From NCBI GenBank assembly GCA_964510585.1, contig CAZECW010000051.1:1-14697 (forward strand): DNA of 14,697 bases. The letters are read 5' to 3'. The DNA comes from an uncultured archaeon. GTDB taxonomy: Archaea > Asgardarchaeota > Jordiarchaeia > Jordiarchaeales > Jordiarchaeaceae. The translations under genes were made by a program, and so were the position numbers. Positions 8,443-14,697 of this stretch are shown here, one piece after another. The notes below the pieces were generated by a model that made no database searches, was not told the origin of the DNA, and saw nothing but the letters and a program-made list of their open reading frames with translations. Within the stretch, counting starts at the first letter, position 1; every line of letters begins with the position of its first letter.

Positions 8443-9672
8443 GTGGCTGAGAAAAAATTCTACACACTTGACGATTTCGAATTTAAAGACAAGACGGTGC
8501 TTGTTCGAGTTGACATTAACTCTCCCATAGATCTTATAACAAAAAGAATTACTGATACTAGGCGATTTACAGCACATGCAAAAACCTTGCTAGAGCTGGC
8601 GAATAATGGTGCAAAGATTGTTGTTCTGGCGCATCAAGGACGAAGGGGTGACGATGACTTCTTACCCTTAGAACAACATGGGAAGTTGCTTAGCGAAATT
8701 TTGAATAGACCCGTGAAATACATTAATGAAGTTTATGGTGAAAAAGTTATAAACCAAATAAAAGGTATGAAAAGTGGGGAGATACTGCTACTGGAGAATG
8801 TACGCTTTTGTGATGAGGAAACCGGCGCGAAGACGGTAAAAGAACAAATTAATTCACCCATGGTTCAGCAACTTTCGCGTGTATCAGACATATACGTTAA
8901 TGACGCCTTTTCAGCGGCTCACAGAAATCATACCTCTATTGTCGGTTTTACATATGTCTTACCCTCTGCCGCTGGAAGAGTCATGGAACAAGAGGTCAAC
9001 TCGATTCTCAATGCCACAGAGAATCCTAAAAGACCATCAGTATATGTCTTGGGTGGAATGAAAGCCGAAGATAGTTATCAAATAATGAAAAAAGTTTTGG
9101 ATATAAAAAACGCAGACAGAATCCTACCTATCGGTATAATCTCTTACCTATGTCTTCTAGCCCAAGGCATTGATATAGGAGAAGTAAATAAAGAAATGAT
9201 TTCCTCCAAAGGACTGATAGAAAAAATACCCGAGGTTCAAAAACTTTTAGATGAACACAACAACATAATTGAAATGATAAAAGATGTTGCCGTTGATGAC
9301 GGTGGAAAACGCTTAGAGATCCCCATCGACAAATTACCCTCAAATAAACCAATTAAGGATATTGGCAGCAAAACAATAAAGGAATACACCAAAATATTGA
9401 AGGACGCTAGTACCATTGTTTTCAATGGTCCAGCGGGAGTATACGAAGAACCTCCATTTGAAATAGGAACACATAAACTTCTTGAGGCGGTTGCAAACTC
9501 AAAGGCGTTCTCCCTCGTTGGCGGGGGGCACACAATAGCAGCGCTAGAAAAATTCGGCTTAGTTAGCAAAGTATCCTATATAAGCACTGCAGGTAAAGCA
9601 TTCATAAGCTTTCTAACCAAAGAGGAATTACCAGGAATTGAGGCTTTAAAAAGAGCGTATAAACACGGTTAA
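8443..9672 (+). CDS. pgk: Phosphoglycerate kinase (archaeal type)
   Basis: RVDINSP, AHQGR, LLENVRF, YVNDAFSAAHR, GGMKAED, KDIG, NGPAGVYE, GGGHT and ISTAGKAF motifs; GTG start with GGGGAG SD. Confidence 0.96.
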   Translation: MAEKKFYTLDDFEFKDKTVLVRVDINSPIDLITKRITDTRRFTAHAKTLLELANNGAKIVVLAHQGRRGDDDFLPLEQHGKLLSEILNRPVKYINEVYGEKVINQIKGMKSGEILLLENVRFCDEETGAKTVKEQINSPMVQQLSRVSDIYVNDAFSAAHRNHTSIVGFTYVLPSAAGRVMEQEVNSILNATENPKRPSVYVLGGMKAEDSYQIMKKVLDIKNADRILPIGIISYLCLLAQGIDIGEVNKEMISSKGLIEKIPEVQKLLDEHNNIIEMIKDVAVDDGGKRLEIPIDKLPSNKPIKDIGSKTIKEYTKILKDASTIVFNGPAGVYEEPPFEIGTHKLLEAVANSKAFSLVGGGHTIAALEKFGLVSKVSYISTAGKAFISFLTKEELPGIEALKRAYKHG

Positions 9673-9971
9673 ACTTTTATCAAATCATAGAATCAAGAAC
9701 CAATTTGGTTTCAGATTCCTTAAACATTCTATCGTATTTTCCGATTAGCTCAAAATTTTTGACCTTTTTGTTCCCGCCCTCCTTTTTAATTATCCCTCAT
9801 AATATTTTTAATTTATAATCCGTTTCCCATTTAACTAAAAATATTTTCAGGTGAATGACTCATTGGGTGATAAATTTGGATTATAAATTTGGACCTTCAT
9901 AAAAAATTAATTTTTCAAAATGTTTTTCAAATTGCGATAATTTACGGAAGGTGTCACAAAATCTTTGGTGA

Positions 9972-10005
9972 GAAGACTCCGACTTTAGTAGCAGGGGAGT
10001 GTCAA
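9972..10005 (+). mobile_element. Possible degenerate IS200/IS605-family right-end hairpin remnant
   Basis: GAAGACTCCGACTTTAGTAGCAGGGGAGTGTCAA: imperfect hairpin (ACTCC/GGAGT outer stem, ACT-TT-AGT inner) ending in TCAA, the layout typical of IS605 right ends. No tnpA or tnpB nearby. Confidence 0.4.
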
Positions 10006-10010
10006 TAAGA

Positions 10011-12947
10011 TTAGTTAACTATTCGCCCTATGACGATAAAACGAAAACCATTGTTTTTATTTTTTAATCTTTCGATAAGTGTTTTTAATTCTCGGAGTCC
10101 CTTCTCATTAAAGCTAACTATTTTATAATTATTGCTCTTCTCCTTCAACCATTCTTTGATTTGGGTCGCTGTTTTTCCTTCAAAAGTTACTATTGCCCCC
10201 TCTTTAAATTCAGGCGAAGAGACTTCTTGAATTATTTTGTTTTTTTCACATTTTTTTAATATTTGTACTGGGGCGTCGAGTTTATTATTTAATGCGAATT
10301 TCTTCAATTCATCACCGATAAATGCTAGAAAAGCATTATCATTTGTATAGTAGAGTATTTGTTTTCCACTTATCGGAGAAAAGTATGTTGTTTTTAAAAG
10401 CCCATTTCCCTTGTGCAGGGCATCTAACAATTCGCGAGTCTTAAAGTAGTCTAGTTTAACTAGTTCTTTTGCGGTATCAACTGTGATATATTCGTGGGTT
10501 AATATCCAAGATAAAATTTCGTTAATATTTTTTTCATCTCGATTTAACTCAAGTTCACACATCTTTTCTTGTTCTATTTCTTCATCAACATATAATTCTT
10601 TGTGATATTTCCTATTGTGTTCCTCTATGTCTTGGAAGGTAATTTTTGGGCATTGATAGTTTAGTGTTCTAATCCTGAAGGGATAAGGGTATTCGGCTAA
10701 TTTCATAATTGCTTCCCGCCTAGGTTGAGCTACCAGGTGGCTCTTCTGTGTATCTGCAATATTTAGTCCCAATCCAATGTATTCTTCCTCTTCTGGAGAC
10801 TTAAAGGCTATTCGAAAAACGACACGAGTGTTACAATTTGCAAGCACCACTTTTGATATTGCAGGATCTTGACATATCAGAACTAAGCCTTGCCCTTTTC
10901 CTCGTTCAATTGTAATCATATCTTCAACTATGGTGGTATCCCCACTACTGCGACGTCTAAATATTTCGGGAACTAGAAAACGAGCATCGTCCACTACAAC
11001 TAAGTGCTTTAATTCTTCTACATTTATTCTTCTTAATCCAGCCTGAAAAACGTGGAGCATAATAAGGTTCATAATAACCTGCATATCTTCTTTAGTTCCT
11101 CCCTGCGATAGTAAATAACTAAAATCGATTATAATTACCTTTTTCAGGAGGTCGTCAAGACTAATATTGCTCTTATTCACATTAAAAACACTACCTAGAA
11201 TTCCTTGACGAAAAACGCCTAAGCGAGCATCTAAAGCAAGTATTGTACTATCAACGAAGGGCGCAGTTTGCCTCTTACTCTCAGCATAATCACCAAGTAG
11301 TCTACCTAAGGCATCAAAGTTTCTGTATCTCTCTTCTTTTATCACTTGGGGTAACACCTCACTCAATACCCTTGACATCTGCAGTGAAAGATCACCGTCT
11401 ATACGAAAAAGTGAATGAAGTGTTTCATCTATTAGACCATACAACCTTCGAGCATAATCTTCAGCATCCATATCGCCCGGATCAAATAGATTAATTTTTA
11501 AGGGTGCGAATTTACTACCCGGACAGATTATGAGTATATTTTTCGCAATTTCCGGAGGCAACGATTTAGCAAGACCGGCGAATTCACCCTTGCTTTCAAA
11601 TATTAGCATTGGTAGCTGTTTCCTTCTAAGCAACTTGTCAATGAGGTTCATTACGAAATATGTTTTCCCGCTCCCTACAGTACCTAAAACTGCAAGACCA
11701 CATCTCAGATCTTCTGGATCCAGCATACAAGTAAAAATTTCGCGGTCTTTGTACAGTACGTAGGAAATTGGTATACCCTTATAATAGTTAAATATTGTTT
11801 GTGGAGGTATTTCGAAATCTGGGCATTCATAAGTTTCAATGCCTGGTACCGGCCTTTCGGGAAAATGCGTCAACGCTGCTAGGCGCGTGCTTGCCATTTT
11901 CTCTGTTCTGCCCACAGATTTGCGTAAAACAATTTGCTTCAATTTTCTTTTTACTTCTCTTCCGCTCATTGTTTTTATATCAGGACTGTAGTGGGATCCT
12001 GAATAAACTGTGTTTAAAATATTTTTGACTTGAGTGGTTCGAATTTCAGCTTCTTTCTCAGTATTAGTTTTGATGACAACATATGAGGAAACGTTCCAAT
12101 AACCTGTAATATGCCCAATTTCCTTTTCTTTTTCATCCAATTTATCTTCATTTATTTGTACAAGAACTTCTCCCTTAGGGGTTTTCAGTTTCTTATTTAT
12201 GGAGTTAATATTTTTTGTTTTTGGGGGTTTAACTGCTTTGAAGTGAACAATAAAGTGGGCGTCCATTCCCAACCTTGTTAAACCTCTAACAAGGCTATCT
12301 ATCTGAGAGTACTTTTCTTGGGGGGTGCATTCTATTTTTCCTTTAATATGAGTGACGCTCATCCAAGTTTCTGACCCATTTTTTTTAAAAATTACAAAGT
12401 TTTTTTTAGTCTTCATTTTAGATGTAAAATCAAAAATGTTAAACCTTTTTTTCAGGTCCTCGAATTCTTGGATTTTTGTTTCAATATTTGGAAAACGTGT
12501 CTCAAGACTGATTTTTAAAGAGTGCATCTTTTTCCAGGCTTCTTTAAAACATTTCTCGCCTTTAAATCCACTATGGTGGGCATAGAAGTAAATTTCCACA
12601 CCCTCTTCTCTTACATGTATCTCATAACTTGCTTCCTTAACATTTTTCCACATCGAGGTTAAGTGCTGATGCACGTATTGAGTAACATTGTCTGAGTTTT
12701 CCGGTGTGCCCTGCCTTTGCATCTTTACATCTTCCCTAGGGATATTTGAAACTCTAAGACATATGATAAACTTATAGCGGATTCCCTTCGCATAAATTCC
12801 ACGAGAAAGAACATGGAGGGAATCTCTACTAATATTATGTAAGGAAAAGGCAAAACAGGATATTGTAATCGTTAAAAGGGCCAATTCCAATAATAATTCG
12901 TACATTGAAAATGACAGAGACATAATTACATCACAGCTAACAAGCAT
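10011..12947 (-). CDS. Large HerA/FtsK/VirB4-superfamily ATPase (DUF87-like) with N-terminal hydrophobic segment and probable C-terminal winged helix; start uncertain (12947, 12923 or 12905)
   Basis: Walker A LGTVGSGKT; Walker B LVVVDDARF; motif ERGKGQGLVLICQDP...ANCNTRVVFRI corresponding to the HerA RKxGxGLILASQxP...NxxTxxxF region; N-terminal LLLELALLTITISCFAFSL. Confidence 0.8.
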   Translation of the reverse strand: MLVSCDVIMSLSFSMYELLLELALLTITISCFAFSLHNISRDSLHVLSRGIYAKGIRYKFIICLRVSNIPREDVKMQRQGTPENSDNVTQYVHQHLTSMWKNVKEASYEIHVREEGVEIYFYAHHSGFKGEKCFKEAWKKMHSLKISLETRFPNIETKIQEFEDLKKRFNIFDFTSKMKTKKNFVIFKKNGSETWMSVTHIKGKIECTPQEKYSQIDSLVRGLTRLGMDAHFIVHFKAVKPPKTKNINSINKKLKTPKGEVLVQINEDKLDEKEKEIGHITGYWNVSSYVVIKTNTEKEAEIRTTQVKNILNTVYSGSHYSPDIKTMSGREVKRKLKQIVLRKSVGRTEKMASTRLAALTHFPERPVPGIETYECPDFEIPPQTIFNYYKGIPISYVLYKDREIFTCMLDPEDLRCGLAVLGTVGSGKTYFVMNLIDKLLRRKQLPMLIFESKGEFAGLAKSLPPEIAKNILIICPGSKFAPLKINLFDPGDMDAEDYARRLYGLIDETLHSLFRIDGDLSLQMSRVLSEVLPQVIKEERYRNFDALGRLLGDYAESKRQTAPFVDSTILALDARLGVFRQGILGSVFNVNKSNISLDDLLKKVIIIDFSYLLSQGGTKEDMQVIMNLIMLHVFQAGLRRINVEELKHLVVVDDARFLVPEIFRRRSSGDTTIVEDMITIERGKGQGLVLICQDPAISKVVLANCNTRVVFRIAFKSPEEEEYIGLGLNIADTQKSHLVAQPRREAIMKLAEYPYPFRIRTLNYQCPKITFQDIEEHNRKYHKELYVDEEIEQEKMCELELNRDEKNINEILSWILTHEYITVDTAKELVKLDYFKTRELLDALHKGNGLLKTTYFSPISGKQILYYTNDNAFLAFIGDELKKFALNNKLDAPVQILKKCEKNKIIQEVSSPEFKEGAIVTFEGKTATQIKEWLKEKSNNYKIVSFNEKGLRELKTLIERLKNKNNGFRFIVIGRIVN

Positions 12948-13055
12948 ACAACTTTAAACACCAATTTGAATCTCTTTACATAATTATTCACATTTTGTGT
13001 CCGTTTCTCAAATCTCGAGAAAATCCCAAATTTCACTTATGAACTCTCAATTATA

Positions 13056-13154
13056 TTAACATCCTCTACAGTGACTTTTACACCACATTAACTTGAACTC
13101 GGGTGCCTTCTCGCCAACGGTTTTGTAAAATTTCATTAGTAGATTTCGATTCAC
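13056..13154 (-). CDS. Possible 32-aa Cys-rich micro-ORF or redoxin-like gene fragment
   Basis: GGAGGGTG SD 10 nt before GTG; translation MNRNLLMKFYKTVGEKAPEFKLMWCKSHCRGC*. Confidence 0.25.
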   Translation of the reverse strand: MNRNLLMKFYKTVGEKAPEFKLMWCKSHCRGC

Positions 13155-13374
13155 AATATTTAAACACCCTCCTTCATAATCTAAAAAACAAATATTTTAG
13201 ATCTATGCACTCTTTGAGTTTTATGTAATTTTGAAAAAAATTTTAACTCTCATCTCTTCGTTTGATGTTGTCAATGCTTGATTATAACCACTTACATTTT
13301 TTAGCTAAGTTTCCTTATTAGGACAAATATGCGAAAATAAGGTTTAACATTTTAACAAAAAGGCATTCTAAGTT

Positions 13375-14385
13375 TTACGGAATACAAATCCTTACAATTA
13401 TTTCCGCACAAATGAGAATTAGAGTTGCCATTAAAGTCAGCTTTAGAAAATTCCACAGATACACTTTTTCAGGTTTGATGACTAGATACACCATAAAAAA
13501 TGCTATTAAAAAAAAGAGAACAACTGTTCCCAAATCAAAAATTAAATGTTCAAACATAATCAATGCTCCAAGGAGGTACAATACAAGACTGAGCAGAATT
13601 GAGTAACGTTTACCCAAAATAATACTAATAGTTTTGTTGCCTGTCCCACTATCACTTTCATAATCTAAAGTAGCAGTCAAAATGTAAAAAGCCCCACCAA
13701 TTAAAGTACCGCCGAATAACTCAAAGAGAGGAAACCAAAAGTTTTTAACCAATAGTATAAAAATCAGCACATCAACAACATTTCTTACCCCCAAAAAATA
13801 AAACAGGATAACATTTGTAAGATACGAATGAGCAAAAGCCTCAGGTGAACTGTGGTAGACAACCCAACCCGCAATAAAAGGTAAAGTAAAAAGACCAATA
13901 GCGTTCCATAAAACATCAAAAGGGGGGCGTATCTTAATCCTAGGATAATACGAGTAAGATATGGAAATCAAATTTCCAAAAAAAATCATAACTGCGAACA
14001 TAAGTGAAATGTAAAAACCTATTACAAGGCTGGCGACGGAGCAAAAAATAATAATAATTTTCATGCGTAAGGGGGGCACTCCACAATAAACAACCGGATT
14101 CTGGTAATCCTTTCTAAACCCTTTTAAATCGCAATCTCTAGCATCCACCAATGAGTTCAAGCTGGAACTAGAAATTCCTAAAAGAAATACAGCCAAATAG
14201 GACAATAAAAAGACGGGAAGAGAGAGAACTGATAAAATAAAAATCATAAGAACAGAACTACTCCTATAAAGGCTCCACGTAAAAGGGTCAAACAAAGACA
14301 AGATAATCCCAATTATAAAACTACCGACGGGAATAAGTGAAAGCAAAGGACGAACAATATGATAAACAGGCTTCAAAACGTGCAT
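13375..14385 (-). CDS. UbiA-family prenyltransferase (integral membrane)
   Basis: Multiple transmembrane helices; first Asp-rich motif NSLVDARDCD followed by RKDYQNP; YSYYPRIK; second motif LDYESD; GGAG SD upstream. Confidence 0.85.
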   Translation of the reverse strand: MHVLKPVYHIVRPLLSLIPVGSFIIGIILSLFDPFTWSLYRSSSVLMIFILSVLSLPVFLLSYLAVFLLGISSSSLNSLVDARDCDLKGFRKDYQNPVVYCGVPPLRMKIIIIFCSVASLVIGFYISLMFAVMIFFGNLISISYSYYPRIKIRPPFDVLWNAIGLFTLPFIAGWVVYHSSPEAFAHSYLTNVILFYFLGVRNVVDVLIFILLVKNFWFPLFELFGGTLIGGAFYILTATLDYESDSGTGNKTISIILGKRYSILLSLVLYLLGALIMFEHLIFDLGTVVLFFLIAFFMVYLVIKPEKVYLWNFLKLTLMATLILICAEIIVRICIP

Positions 14386-14469
14386 AAATCATCTCCAAAT
14401 TAATCATTACCAGGTAACACGTAATAGAATAAATTGAACAAAACTTTTAAGTTTTAGGGTTGAAAAAAC

Positions 14470-14697
14470 GAGTACACCCAGGCAGCTCTAAAGGAATTAA
14501 GCTATGGTTCTGGTACTAAATACGGTTGGTGGGTCTGATTAGTGTTTTGGTTTTCACTTCTCCTCCCCACGCTCTTAGTCCCTTTCTCCAAAACTTTGCC
14601 CGAGGACGCTGCCCCCAGAAGTCGGGATGCTGCTGAGAAATCAGCACCCCGGATCTCATCCGGGGGTGCCAGCCTACTGTATGGCCAGGCTAGTTGA
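14470..14697 (+). mobile_element. Structured GC-rich non-coding segment, possible IS110-family non-coding end/bridge RNA (runs off the window; left boundary approximate)
   Basis: Abrupt GC rise; hairpins TGCTGA-GAAA-TCAGCA (14631-14646), GCACCCCGGAT-CTC-ATCCGGGGGTGC (14644-14669) and AGCCT...AGGCT (14671-14691); motifs GCTATGGTTCTG and CCTTTCTCCAAAA resemble IS110 non-coding ends as I recall them. No transposase is visible in the window. Confidence 0.4.

Noticed and set aside
14502-14696. 64-codon open frame on the minus strand entering from the window edge (QLAWPYSRLAPPDEIRG...)
   Set aside because: No recognisable domain, and dense hairpins favour a non-coding structured element. Not fully excluded without flanking sequence.

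Overview
AT-rich archaeal chromosomal window; lineage cannot be fixed from sequence alone. It carries ABCE1/RLI, an AAA+ ATPase with a C-terminal winged helix, a loose gluconeogenesis cluster (FBP aldolase/phosphatase, bacterial-type class I GAPDH, archaeal PGK), an SCP2-like protein, an RNase H-fold hypothetical, a large membrane-anchored HerA/VirB4-like ATPase and a UbiA prenyltransferase. Main observation: the fbp gene is interrupted near its 3' end by a 70-nt insert (4219-4288, minus strand). The insert folds into a relaxed bulge-helix-bulge (BHB) motif, and cutting at the positions expected for the tRNA-splicing endonuclease restores the family C-terminus (EMEYT-TLPGVLKKLADRFVKED*). This is a candidate archaeal mRNA intron in a central-metabolism gene. 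Other points: a natural Cys6->Thr substitution in the ABCE1 Fe-S domain, a roughly 9-10 bp periodic repeat array upstream of the AAA+/wHTH gene, a probable IS200/IS605 right-end remnant, and a GC-rich structured non-coding segment at the window end resembling an IS110 non-coding end (bridge RNA).
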